Assembly (NCBI GenBank): GCA_010015805.1 | Contig: ML978131.1 | Location: forward strand, 310,001 to 374,000 | Reading direction: 5' to 3' | DNA: 64,000 nucleotides | Source of the DNA: Rhizodiscina lignyota | Lineage: Eukaryota | In this document: piece after piece, positions 12,180 through 24,517 of the stretch | How the letters are laid out: the number at the start of each line of letters is the position of its first letter | How positions within the stretch are numbered: the first letter of the stretch is position 1 | Notes under the pieces: model-generated | Database searches by the model: none | What the model saw: only the letters and a program-made list of their open reading frames with translations | What the model was told of the DNA's origin: nothing | Made by a program: the position numbers and the translations under genes

Positions 12180-13664
12180 ATGCTAAGTACCAGACGTGTC
12201 GTAACGCGTCATTGGAGCCCCAAAGCTTTTCAGCAGACTCTTCAACAATGTCGCAACCTCATCACGCTCGCGATTGAGACGTCATGCGATGACACGGCCG
12301 TCGCGATTCTCGAAAAACATGGTGCCAATACTTCGCCGAGGCCTCCGCAACGAGCAACCTTGCACTTCAACGAGAAGCTGACATCGAACAATACCATTTA
12401 CAAAGGAATCCACCCACTAGTCGCTCTCGAATCACATCAGAGGAACTTGGCTGTCCTCGTAAACCAGGCATTGGCGAGGCTCCCATCAGCCGATTTAGAC
12501 GATGGCAGAGATCCAGTATTCTCTACTGGGAGGACAGTGTCCGTTCACAATGCTAAATCTGGCAAAATGGAGAGCAGGAAATGCCCGGACTTTATCTCCG
12601 TTACCCGTGGGCCTGGCATGCGCTCTAATCTCGCGACTGGCCTGGATATGGCCAAAGGCCTAGCAGTCGCATGGCAGATTCCAATCGTCGGGGTGCATCA
12701 TATGCAGGCCCACGCATTAACGCCCCGTCTAATGAGTGCTCTGGAGGCAGAGTACAGCAGTGATGACCACTCATCCCCGGCCTTCCCATTTTTGTCATTG
12801 CTAGTTTCCGGTGGCCATACTCTGCTTGTTCACAGCGAAAGGCTCACGGAGCATCGCGTCCTTGCAGACTCTGATATGGCTGTGGGTTCAGCAATTGACA
12901 AGATTGCACGATTGGTACTGCCACCAGAAATTATCTCATCATCGCTCTCGACAATGTATGGAGCCGTGCTCGAGCGCTTTGCCTTCCCAAATGGCCTCTC
13001 CTACGACTATGCGCCACCGGCAAGCAAGGCTGTAGAGGATCGGCGAAGAGGGAATGAGCTGTGGCCATGGTCCTTCAGTCTCCCTTTGAACGAAACCAGC
13101 GGCGGCCAAAAAAAGTACAGCATGGAATTCAGCTTTTCCGGGACTGTGTCTGCAGTTGAGAGATTCATGAAATACGACCAACAGTCGGAAACCGTGAAGA
13201 GTCTCCGAACAGAAGATGTCAGTTACGCTGAACGTCAAGCGCTAGCTCGGGAGTCGATGCGCGTCTGTTTCGAGCATCTGGCATCACGCGTCACACTGGC
13301 CCTGGACTCGATGAAAACTCCCATGTCGACGCTCGTCGTAAGTGGAGGCGTCGCAAGTAACGTCTTCCTGCGACACATCCTGGCAGAATGGCTCACTGTC
13401 CGTGGCTACCCGGATGTGAAATTAAGCTGCCCTCCGCCGGCGCTGTGCACCGACAATGCCGCCATGATTGCTTGGGCAGGATGTGAGATGTACGAGCAGG
13501 GTTGGCGGAGCGATCTAGGAATCACTGCACGTCGTAAATGGCCTCTTGGACCTAGCAATTCGGGTGGTGCCGAAGAAGAAGCAAGTGGCCAAGGAGAAAC
13601 CCCAGCGGTTGGCGTCCTGGGAGTTGACGGCTGGTCCAACGTACATAATCATGGCTATCATTAA
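12180..13664 (+). CDS. QRI7: Mitochondrial tRNA N6-threonylcarbamoyladenosine synthase (Kae1/TsaD family)
   Basis: Motifs IETSCDDT, TRGPG, VHHMQAH, LLVSGGHT, VVSGGVASN and CTDNAAMI; basic presequence MLSTRRVVTR. Confidence 0.92.
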   Translation: MLSTRRVVTRHWSPKAFQQTLQQCRNLITLAIETSCDDTAVAILEKHGANTSPRPPQRATLHFNEKLTSNNTIYKGIHPLVALESHQRNLAVLVNQALARLPSADLDDGRDPVFSTGRTVSVHNAKSGKMESRKCPDFISVTRGPGMRSNLATGLDMAKGLAVAWQIPIVGVHHMQAHALTPRLMSALEAEYSSDDHSSPAFPFLSLLVSGGHTLLVHSERLTEHRVLADSDMAVGSAIDKIARLVLPPEIISSSLSTMYGAVLERFAFPNGLSYDYAPPASKAVEDRRRGNELWPWSFSLPLNETSGGQKKYSMEFSFSGTVSAVERFMKYDQQSETVKSLRTEDVSYAERQALARESMRVCFEHLASRVTLALDSMKTPMSTLVVSGGVASNVFLRHILAEWLTVRGYPDVKLSCPPPALCTDNAAMIAWAGCEMYEQGWRSDLGITARRKWPLGPSNSGGAEEEASGQGETPAVGVLGVDGWSNVHNHGYH

Positions 13665-13930
13665 GGTCGAGGCTAGAACTATCGAAAGCTCGAACACATG
13701 AAGAATTTACACTTTAAGATACACCAAATGGACAATTTAATAGAGGCTGGCAACATTAGTTGATGCTCATCGCACATGGCAGGAGCACTCTTATGTTCGT
13801 TTTGACTACGGAACCACAAATATAGGAGTATGAATATGTAAAGTAAATTTTGGCAACAATTCACAAAACATTAACCCTTTTCCGCACAGAAGGTTCGCAC
13901 ATCTATCGCATCTATTTTTAGACTAATCCA

Positions 13931-13945
13931 CTAACCCTAACCCTA
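13931..13945 (+). repeat. Short interstitial telomere-like tract CTAACCCTAACCCTA at the end of an AT-rich patch
   Basis: 2.5 copies of the CCCTAA/TTAGGG unit read directly. Confidence 0.6.
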
Positions 13946-14449
13946 CCTTGTATGACGAAGCCCTGCTCAGATATATCTGCATGGCTGGGAGGCATCTCAC
14001 ACCTATTCCAGAGGGAGTCTTTCTTGCTTTCCTCGTACTCTATAACATCTTTAATTTAGAAGTTCCATATTACCGTTTCTAATTGCCGATACCCCGCGAT
14101 GGGGTAGATGCTCCTCTCACAACTCTCCGATCAGCAGCTCCGCATCTCTACTCAATAGGATCGGTTGCGGCAGCAAGTAAATGATAGCACGTCTTCATGC
14201 CTGCAGCTTTGTTAACATGCCATTGGCATGTGCGGAACTATTTCCTCTTCTTCTAATGTCTCATTATTTCTAGATCGTGTGATTTTTCTCGTGTACATCA
14301 ATCAGCTTCTGATGAATTGGAATCTCTCTATCCGTAGCTCCACACGTATGACAGAAGTCGTCCGACTAGAATTCGATGCAGGAAGGAATATAAGCCGAAG
14401 GTCTTCATTCGAGAGTTCAATCTTCATCTTCTAAATCTTTCTGGAAACC

Positions 14450-15970
14450 ATGAATCTACAACAAGCTTTCATACATTGTGTATCCAGAGCAGCTCGCTTC
14501 TCGCTGCTAGGCATCACCCTTGGCCTGACCTGCATCCTCCTCATCTGCTCCTACAACCTGTTCTTCCATCCGCTACGCAACGTCCCTGGTCCGTTTCTAG
14601 CACGAATATCCCGTCTCTGGACGCGTATCGGCAACTACAACGGCGTCAAGGCCCACAGGATTCATGCTGCGCACCAGCGCTATGGCAACATCGTTCGCGT
14701 CTCTCCCAACGAGCTCTCCTTCGCGGATCCAGCCGCTGTTCGAGAAATCTACATGTCGGATGCGTTTGCTAAAGAGGAGACGTTCTACCGCGCGAAGCGC
14801 GTGTTCCACGAAGAGATGATCATGAGCCTCCGCGACCAGGATGCGCATAAGGCACGGAGAAAGATGCTGTCGAGAGGCTTCTCGCAGGCGGCCATGCTCG
14901 ATTTTGAAAGCACGATAGCTGACAAGACCCAAGTACTCATGGACCAGTGGGCGCGGCTTGGTGCTGACGGAAAGCCTGTGGATGTCTATCCCTGGTGTCT
15001 TTGGCTAGGCTTCGACACTGTATATCATCTGATGTTTGATGAAGATCCCGGATCGCTGCGACAGGGACGCGCGCCAGATGTCATGAAGTACTTGCGAGCA
15101 TGGCGGCCACTGTTTACGTATAAAGAGTTCGTGCCTCAGCTGGAACAGTATGGCGTGCACCTGCCTGGGAATGTTGGCAATAACTTCCGTTTGGTCGAAG
15201 AATGGAAGAACATGGCAATGAAACTCGTCCAGAATCTACGAACGAGGGGGAGCACAACTCCGTTCCTTCGCTTTGCTCTCGCAGAAAAAGATGCTCATCT
15301 CGGCCGTCCTCTGACAGACTCGGAGCTCGCAGAGGAAGCCATGGGAGGCATGTTCGGCGGTACCGGAACAACGGGGAACACCTTTGTGTACCTACTCTGG
15401 GGTGTACTGCAACAGCCTTCAGTAACCAAAAAGTTGCGAGAAGAACTTCAACAAGTCTCAGAGGGCCGAGACGAGACTCCGAGCTACACAGCCCTAGCGC
15501 AACTCCCGTTCTTGCAAGCTTGCTTGAACGAGACTCTTCGCCTTTATCCTACGATTATCGCCACGCTGCCTCGCACAGCACTTCGAGATACCACCGTCTG
15601 CGGAGTCGCAGTGCCGCGAGGTACAATCGTCGGCACACAGAACTACACTCTTCACCGTTCCGCCTCTGCATTTCCACAGCCTGAGGCTTTCATGCCCGAG
15701 CGCTGGCTCGATTCCCAAGGCCGTCTCAAAGACGATGAGCGGATGAAAGAGGCGTTTGTGCCGTTCTCCGTCGGTCCGCGGAAGTGTATAGGGCTGAACC
15801 TCGCGCAGATGGAACTCACTAAGGCTACGGCAGCGTTCTTCTTGAGATTCCAGCGCGCGGAGGTCGACTGGGATGCGATGAGGGAGGGTGATATGGACAT
15901 GTTTGATTGCTTTAGCGCGAGTCCGAGAGGCACAAAGCTTATTCTGAAGTTGTGGGAAAAGAGCTCATAA
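14450..15970 (+). CDS. Cytochrome P450, intronless (506 aa)
   Basis: TM anchor followed by HPLRNVPGP; ExxR (ETLR), PER and heme motif FSVGPRKCIG. Confidence 0.95.
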   Translation: MNLQQAFIHCVSRAARFSLLGITLGLTCILLICSYNLFFHPLRNVPGPFLARISRLWTRIGNYNGVKAHRIHAAHQRYGNIVRVSPNELSFADPAAVREIYMSDAFAKEETFYRAKRVFHEEMIMSLRDQDAHKARRKMLSRGFSQAAMLDFESTIADKTQVLMDQWARLGADGKPVDVYPWCLWLGFDTVYHLMFDEDPGSLRQGRAPDVMKYLRAWRPLFTYKEFVPQLEQYGVHLPGNVGNNFRLVEEWKNMAMKLVQNLRTRGSTTPFLRFALAEKDAHLGRPLTDSELAEEAMGGMFGGTGTTGNTFVYLLWGVLQQPSVTKKLREELQQVSEGRDETPSYTALAQLPFLQACLNETLRLYPTIIATLPRTALRDTTVCGVAVPRGTIVGTQNYTLHRSASAFPQPEAFMPERWLDSQGRLKDDERMKEAFVPFSVGPRKCIGLNLAQMELTKATAAFFLRFQRAEVDWDAMREGDMDMFDCFSASPRGTKLILKLWEKSS

Positions 15971-16448
15971 GTCGGGGGCGTGCCGTTGAAGAAGTGGCTT
16001 CTGACGCTTGAACGAGAAGTGACCACTGCGTTCGGCAGTAATTGAAGTCAGCTCGAAATTTCTGCTGGGGTTAGGCTTATCGGCCTTTGCCTTCGAGTAT
16101 AAACTTGCACGTTTCGACTAGCGGCGAATGCTATAATTGGACTACTCTCGTTCGTCTACCTTCCGTTGTGACGATAGTTTTAGCTCCAAAGCTCGTTTTG
16201 AAACTGTGAGAAAAGCGCTTATGAATTTGGCGTAAGTCCCTGAAGGAGCGGCTTCCGAAGTTTGAACGAGATGTGACCATCGCATTCTCTAAATGGTAGA
16301 CGTTAGCTGTAAGTTTCTGCCAGACCTTTGACAAGCCTGATTACCTTTATCGTCGAGTAGAAAGTTGCATCGGTCGACTTGCAACTAATGCTTAATTTGG
16401 GTATCTCTTCGTCATCTACATCCTGTTTTGCTCCCTACGTTGCCCATC

Positions 16449-17139
16449 TCACGCTGCACCTTGTCTCATTCTCCCTAGAATTTGCTGCCTCAACGTCTCG
16501 TTCGCTACCTCCACCTCGACGACTCTGCCCACGCCATCCCTCCAGCTCTTCTCGAGCCCTGCCAACTCCGCACCCACTTCCGCCTGTCGAGCTCTTCTTG
16601 CCGCCTGCACTGCCTCGATATCCGTCTTCGTCGCCGCCAACTCTGTGTCCAGGCCCCGCTGCAGCGGCTCCATCTGCCAGTTGCCCACCAGCCAGGCATT
16701 CTTGCCATGCTCCTCCAGCAACTCCAAGTTCGTCGCACGGTCCTTCATGTACGTCGAGATGGTGTATGCCTTCTTCAGCGCCTCGCGCCACTGCTGTAGC
16801 TTCTCTGCATCGCCGGCGTCGAAACCCTCACTCGGCTCGTCGACCGACTCGTAGCGCTTCTCGTCGATGCCCCCCGAGCGCGCGGCGCCTGCTGCGATGC
16901 GCTCATGCTCCGCCGTCAGCGCAGGGGTGAATTGAGGCTCGTATGAGGCTGGCACGGAGGGGTGGAGGGTCTTCGAGTAATGGGGTGGAAGTTCGCGTTT
17001 GACGAGAGCTTCGATTGCCTCGCGCGACTTTGGGTCGGGGTCCACAACTGCGAATTGTTAGAGGTTACATGATTAGAAAGCGACAAGGGCTGGGAGGTAT
17101 ACAGGCTAATGCGTCGGTATGCTGCGTTATGAGAGGCAT
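16449..17139 (-). CDS. SPF27: Pre-mRNA splicing factor SPF27/BCAS2 (Prp19 complex); exons 17139-17103 and 17047-16449
   Basis: MPLITQHTDALAFVD after splicing a 55-nt intron; GID..RY, NLELLEEHGKNAWL and a C-terminal coiled coil (LEKSWRDGV). Confidence 0.88.
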
Positions 17140-17683
17140 GTTGGATAGTTGTTGTTTGGTGTTGTTGCGAGCAGTTGTTGAAGATGGCGATACTTAGGTA
17201 CGCTAAGCAATTTTGTTCAAGTCTTCGGCGTCGCGTATGGTGCGCCAGGGTGAGGTGCGATCTATGATGAAGTGTCTCCCTTGCATTTGACTATGTTATG
17301 CCAGATGCCGTACGAACTTAGTAGGAGGCTTCATTAACATCCCCAGCACATGTTAATATCCGCATTCAAACTATATTTCGATCGTCCGTCAAGCAGCTGC
17401 TCAATGAAGTTGGCGTCAGTCGCCCGCCACCAGCGGGCATGCGCGTTTCGCTGCAGGGATGGTTGACATCATCATTGGACGAAGCTTGCCTTGACGTATG
17501 AATTGCAATCAAGCAGCAAGACATCCTCCATCCACTCTCCTACCTTCTTCCTCTGTCGTAGTATCACTCGCACTTGCACCTGCACCAGCTGGCCTTGGTA
17601 TATAGACCTCTACCCCAATCCTGCATCAACCAAAGCTTCAAGATGTCACTCCTCACCACCAGCGTCGAGGACTTGCTGAGAGA

Positions 17684-20083
17684 ATGGCTCGTTCACGTGT
17701 CGCTGTCGCCATAGTCGCCTCCTTCTTGCTCTTGCTTCTTGCTGCTCAGTTCGTTGATTTCTCTAGCTCTTTGGGCGGCCCCGCGTTTCTTCGCCATGTT
17801 TCCAATTCTAGGACACCGGAAGAGACGACTACGACAGCTGTTGGAGACCAGTATCTTATCGGAGTCGGCAAAGCGGACATCACTGGGTGCGTATACCAGA
17901 CGACACAACTGATTCTAATACTCATCATCCTCACAGTCCCGTTGTCGAGCTCAACTTGATGGGCTATGCGAATGCCAGCCAAATCGGTACCGGACTTCGA
18001 CAGCGTCTCAAGTCTCGTGCTTTCATTGTCGGTGATCCGTCAAATACCAACGACCGCTTCGTCTACCTCGTCCTAGACACCCAATCAGGTGACACTGCAA
18101 TCAGACATGGCATCCTGCAAGGCCTGCAGGATCTTGGACCGGATTACTCCGTGTACGGAAACCAAAATGTCGCTGTCACAGGGACACATTCCCATTCTGG
18201 GCCCGCCGCATGGCTGAACTATTTGCTGCCCCAGATCACCAGCAAAGGCTTTGATAAGCAGAGCTATCAGGCTATTGTTGACGGGGCAGTGCTTTCAATC
18301 CAGCGTGCACATCAGAGCCTAACAGAAGGCCGTCTCAGCGTTGGCAGCACCAGTGTCGAGGATTCGAATATCAGTCGCAGCCTTTATGCGTACCTCGCCA
18401 ATCCAGAGTCTGAGCGGAATAAGTACAATGATAATGTCGACAAGAATATGACCCTACTTCGATTCACCCGTGACTCTGATGGAAAAGACATAGGCATTCT
18501 AACTTGGTTTCCGTAAGCTCTCCGCTAGTTAGCTCAATTGTTCAAGTGGGCTCGTTCTAATTAGGCATTCTAGCGTTCATGGCACATCTATGCTTGGCAA
18601 CAATACCATTATTACCGCTGATAACAAGGGTGTCGCTGCATATTTGTTCGAAGAGTCTATGGCCAACTCGAGTTCTGCGGCACCTGGATTCGTTTCTGGA
18701 TTCTCCCAGGCAAATGTTGGTGACACGTCGCCCAACATTAATGGCGCCTGGTGTGAAGACGGCTCGAACCAGCAGTGCAGCTTCCAGAATAGCACTTGTG
18801 GCGGCAAGTCCGAGTCTTGTCATGGCCGAGGACCATATTTTGGCCTTAACGATGGAGGCACGAAATCTTGCTTCGAGATCGGGAGGCGCCAATATGCTGG
18901 TGCGCAAGCAGCCCTTTCCTCAATGACCTCCTCTGCCACAGCGTTATCGGGCCCTGTACGACATTTCCACCTCTACCACAACATGGCAAACTTCACCTTT
19001 CCGAAGACGTACTCCAACGGCACCACTATCGATGCCAAGGCTTGCCCTGCGGCGCTTGGCTATTCATTCGCTGCCGGTACGACAGATGGCCCTGGCGCTT
19101 TCGATTTCACTCAGAACGACCCTAACAAGCCGAATGCAAGTCCAGTGTGGGCCGTCGTATCCAACCTGCTTCACGCACCAAGCGGTACTCAGAAAGAGTG
19201 TCAATATCCCAAACCAATCCTCCTGGACGTGGGCGAGACGCATCTGCCCTACGAGTGGACTCCGAATATCGTAGACGTGCAAGTCTTCCGCGTTGGCGAG
19301 CTGGCCATCATCGTGAGCCCAGGGGAAGCAACAACGATGAGCGGACGACGCTGGAAAGCAGCAGTCTCAAGCGCTATCACGTCGAATAAAATATTCAGCA
19401 ACGGCGCAGAACCATTAGTCGTCCTCGGTGGTCCGGCTAATACGTACGCGCACTACATCGCCACAGAAGAAGAATACGGCGTGCAGAGGTACGAAGGCGC
19501 ATCCACACTCTATGGCCCACACACTCTGGATGCCTACATCAACGTCACTCTCGACAACCTCGCCTTGCTCTCTGACTCCGCTGCCACGAACAACCCCACA
19601 GCTATCGTAGGCACACAGCCCCCGATCAACACGAACCGCAGCTTGGACTTCATCACCGGCGTGGTGTATGACTCCGCCGGCCTAGGCAAGTCCTTCGGCG
19701 ACGTGAGCAGCGATGTTGAGCCGTCCAGCAGCCACATCTACAAGACAGGCGAGACGGCCGTCGTGCAGTTCGTCGGGGCGAACCCGCGCAATAACCTGCG
19801 TCTCGAGGGCACGTATACGAGCGTGGAGATGCAGGCGAGCGACGGGAGCTGGAGCCAGGTTCGCAGTGACGAGGATTGGGATCTGCTGTATGAATGGAAG
19901 CGCACGAATGAGATCACTGGAACGAGCAGCGTTACGATTAGTTGGGAGATTGGCGGCGGCGGAAAGACGGACGTGCAGAGTGGGAATTATAGGATTCGGT
20001 ATTATGGCGATGCGAAGGCGCCGATTACGGGGAAGATCACGGCGTTTGAGGGGGTGAGTGGAGTGTTTGAGGTTGGTGCTTAG
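17684..20083 (+). CDS. Neutral/alkaline non-lysosomal ceramidase; exons 17684-17886, 17937-18512, 18574-20083
   Basis: Signal anchor; motifs GVGKADITGP, GTHSHSGP, VHGTSM, GYSFAAGTTDGPG, EATTMSGRR, YEGASTLYG, GANPRNN; two canonical introns. Confidence 0.94.
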
Positions 20084-21030
20084 GTTTGGTGTGTAAGATA
20101 CGGGTTGGGAGTCTGGTGTAAGTGCAGGGGACATTGAAATTGCGGAAATACCATCATGATTTATATTGTAAGATACTACCAATGTGAATGTCGTTTCTTC
20201 CTTACTACTTGCACGCCTAGTTTGAGTATGATTCGAGCAGAAGATGTCGCTAGTGCTCTTCCTTACGTTTGTGGCGGTTGCCCTCGGAAGCTGGCTTGGA
20301 AAGTGTCCAACTTCGAAGATGGTTCATTCTACTTCTCGAAATCCAATACGTAGACCTCGGTAGCCTTTTGAAATTCCATTGTACCACGGAATGTCCGTAC
20401 TCGGTATGTAACTGGAGTAACTGGTCAGTTGTGATCCCTGTTGCTCGTCTGACAGCCGAGCCATCACTTTTCGGCAACGTGCAGATGCAGCGATCCGCCT
20501 GCAAGCCAATGCGCACTCCAGCCACACCACGTTTCCTTAGTGCATGCAATTAAGATGCCGAACAAAGCGGAATAACTGGTAGCTGCACACGAGATGAAAC
20601 GGAGATGTTGACAGAGAAACCAAGAAGTTATTTTATGCTCTCCCACGTCCGTGAGAAAACGGCTAGCGGCCGCCGAGAAGCTTGGACTCGGGCTAGCTCC
20701 AGCCACGCCAAAACACGGCACCATGATAAACAACCAGCCATCGCATTTCACAACATACTCAACAACGCCCTTCCCTGGACCTGCAACTCCTCTCGCTGTC
20801 TTCGTCGCTCGCTTCCACAGCTCGACAGCAATTCTACCTTTCGAATTCGACCGGATATGCCCGACTAACTGCACTTCGACCCCAACTTCGAGCATCTCAC
20901 GCTAAGCACCTCGTACACGCGGCTTCCATCCTGCCTTGCATCCCCTCCTTACATCCCCTCGCTGCATTGGGGAATAACAGCGAGTCCAATGGTACTGGAA
21001 TAGGTACTTGTCCTTCGCTTTCTCTTCAGA

Positions 21031-24008
21031 ATGGCCACCAAGGCCAAACAGAATGTCCTCAACATGCATACGGCGGGCATCTACTCGGACATGTCCGTCG
21101 ATGGACCTGAGATTGGCACTCTGGTCGTCATCATTGACAGAGCAAAGAATCTACCGAATCGGCGCTCCATGGGCAAGCAAGACCCCTACTGTGCTTGCAG
21201 ACTGGGTAAAGAAGCAAAGAAAACAAACACAGACAAGCGTGGTGGACAGACACCCAAGTGGTACGTTTGGACGACAATTGGAGAGCCGCAACGTGCTAAC
21301 TTGGACTGCTTAGGGACCAGGAACTTCGGTTTACCGTCCGCGAGTCTCTCGATTACTACCAACTAAAGATATCCGTTTTCAATGACGACAAGAAGACCGA
21401 GCTGATCGGCGAATCGTTTGTGAGACTGGAGGATGTCATAGTCCCCGGTGGTGGACAAGCGGACATTTGGCACACTCTTCAATGCAAGGGGAAATACGCT
21501 GGAGAAGTCAGGATCGAGATGACATATTACGATACTAGGCCACAACCGGAGAAGGCGCCTATAGAGCAAAAGCGCGAGAGAAGGGCAACTACAGAGAGCC
21601 CAGGAGTGAAAGGACTGAGCGGACCGAGACAGCATAGCACACCGGTCAAGAGAAGGCCGTTACCGAGTGACCCAGCGACGGCAAGCCCGAGCCCACATGC
21701 GGGAAGCGATCGAAGGCCGCCGCCTGCTCCCCAACCTACCGGACGAGAATACCATACACCACCGCGCCAGCCTCAGTTTCCGAATGAATCCGTTCCTAGC
21801 TCTCAAAGACGTTCCGTGTACAACAATCACCAGCCACAGCCAGTCGAAGAGCAAAGACTGACGAGCGAGGGGTTCCCGATGTTGAATGAGGCTGGAAATG
21901 ATCCCTTTGCGGTGCAACCTGCAGAGCAGTTCGATGACAGAGCGAGCGTGGCTCCTAGCGAATATCCCGGCTCAGTATATGGACGTTCTGAATATCAGAA
22001 CGGCGGTTTCCAAGCCAGGCGTGAAAGCCACGTGGAGAGGCTGCAGCAACAAGTCGATCGGAAAGCTGAGCAACTACCTTACCCTCTGGACGATGGTCCG
22101 CCGGACCCGTTCGAACCGATACCCAACAGCATACGACAATCTTACGGGTCAAGTCGAGGTCCTAACGGTCCTGCTGTACACGCTAGAGGACCTCCACCAC
22201 TCCCCCACGCGCATTCCGAACCGGTTGTCCCGTATCAATATTCACATGATGCCCAACCTCCACGACATCTGATGCACCACGCACATTCTGACAACCAGAT
22301 TCACGACATCCATCAAGCCGATCCCGGCTACGGTCCACCACCCGATCAACTTGTGCCGCGAAGATATAGCGACATCTACCACGAGCCCGAGGAATATGAG
22401 AACCATCCCGAATCTCAGATATACCTACCAGGCCCAGAGTCACACGAGTTACGAGCACAACGAAGCTACGCAACCATGCAACCGACCGTAGAAGATGAAG
22501 ATTCACCTCCGCCGCCACCACCCCCAGTCCATCGAAACAGCGCACCGAACTCGGTGTCACGCCCTCGAGCAGAGACCGGCTACTATTCGGCTGATATGGC
22601 GCCTGCACCTCTTAACGTTACTCCATCTCGAAAACAACTCCCCCAAGAAGCATATGAAACGCCACGATTGAATGAATATGAAAGCCCTCCAGGATATGGA
22701 TCAAGCGCACCAGGTTCTCTACCTCCGAGATACCAACCGCAGCAGTCTGGTTCTCCTTATGAGCAATCGGAACGACGACAGTCTGGCGATGCCATGATGA
22801 TGTCGCGTCGTCCTGACGATCCTTTCGAGACGTCCTTGAAAGCATACAGCTCTCCTCCAGAGGTACAGCGCCGTCCTGTCAATCGCGTTACAGTGTCTCT
22901 GCCGAAGTCCTATCCAAATTCGTCGCCTGGATCATACAGCCAACAGCAGCCGGATTACCACACTCCACCGCGAAATACTCACCCGTTGGCTAACCAGGAA
23001 AATGCCGCTTATAGCTCCTCTCCGGCTGCACCATACCATACCTCACCAGCCGACGCATCGCCCGCTCCCCTAATCAAGCCACAGCCGATTAGCCCTGTGG
23101 CTCCGCTTCAGCCTCTAAAACAGACACGATCGAATCAGAGCTTCACCCGCAAATCCGTTTCATCTCGTCCGACGACCAGTGGAACGGAGTTCTCGACTCC
23201 TTTCAGTCCGGACTCCTTCGATGCGCTCAATCCACACGCTACGAAATCGCAGAGCTCCCTTCTGGTAAACACGTCGAATGGTGCTAGCCCGTACAATACG
23301 CCTCCGCGGTCATTGGGTAACAGCGTTAGTGGAAATGGCCTGAAGCTGGATCAATCTATCAGGCAATCCCCTTACAATGCCCCGGATCCCGTGAGCGATG
23401 AGCCTATTCGTGACTTCCATGGCAATGTTGTCGACCCCTCTGATCATCTCCCGGTCGATAGCTGGGCTCCAGAGCCTGAGCGCAAAGGTCTCTCCTTCAA
23501 GCCTCAAACTACGCCTCGTGAGAGGGAAAGGCTCAATGGCGCGCGATCGCTCGGCAACTCCCCTGCGAACAGCAATGGCGGTAGCCCATATTCTAGCATC
23601 GGAGCCAATTCCACAGGAAGCACAGTCGACCTTGGCAGCCAGGTTTCAATGGGAAGCGCGCTCGTCTCGACTGTTGGGAACAGTCGCAACAAGCTTCAGA
23701 AGCGCAACAGGCCGCAGTCTGAAATCGGCACACATCCTGCGCAACATACCTCTCTTCATGGCCCTGGCGCCCCCGCAGGCGCCGGGAACTATCCGTATGT
23801 GAATTCTGCTGGCGGCGCACTTGTGAAGAGGAGCTCGTATCAACCGACGGCGCCGCCTCCTATACCAGCCAAGATACCACTGGATGCAGGTGTTGGCAGC
23901 AATGAAGATATGGACAGGTTGAATGAAGAGATGAGTCGCATCGACATTGGGCTGGGCCCGGGAAGTGGTGCGCTTACGAAGAGAGGAAGGAGGAACTGGG
24001 GCTTCTGA
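21031..24008 (+). CDS. C2-domain cytokinesis ingression protein (Fic1/Inn1-like) with a long Pro-rich tail; exons 21031-21260 and 21314-24008
   Basis: N-terminal C2 domain GTLVVIIDRAKNLPNRRSMGKQDPYC...TDKRGGQTPKWDQELRF...FNDDKKTELIG; PxxP motifs including PPPIPAKIP; 53-nt intron. Confidence 0.82.
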
Positions 24009-24517
24009 GAGAATTGGTGAGTCTCTCGAGAGGAAAAAAGGTCCAGTCGCAATGAATTGTACATATATGCATTTCTTCTGGCGTTTGGGGTTTTCTGTGC
24101 GCGCTCAAACAACAGAGCTTGTTTGAGAGGCGACATTGCGTCTTCACATGCGGGGTCATGGGACGAGAGATGCATCACGGCGCAGAGAGGTTATTGTATG
24201 TTCCACGTTACCTTGCACGGCCATGCGGCTTGTGGCATCAAGGTCAACCCTTCAACAATCTTCAAACTCTCCATTATAGGTGCATTGTCGTGGTGTCAAT
24301 TCTGGAATCCTTTGCTCCATTGGGCTTCGCAGCCCCACCATGAGCTCACAAAGCTCCCCGCAGACGTCAGGGACATGACGCTAAAAATTATTCAATCCTC
24401 ACAACATCATCCGACGCGGATCGCTCACCACCAAGGTCATCCTTCCGATACTTCTTAAACTCCCTTCCCTCTTCAACTTAATTTACCATCCAATTCAATT
24501 GCACTCAATCGATAAAA

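Noticed and set aside
13871..13880. piggyBac-like end TTAA|CCCTTT
   Set aside because: No matching inverted end (AAAGGG|TTAA) bounding an element, and no transposase.
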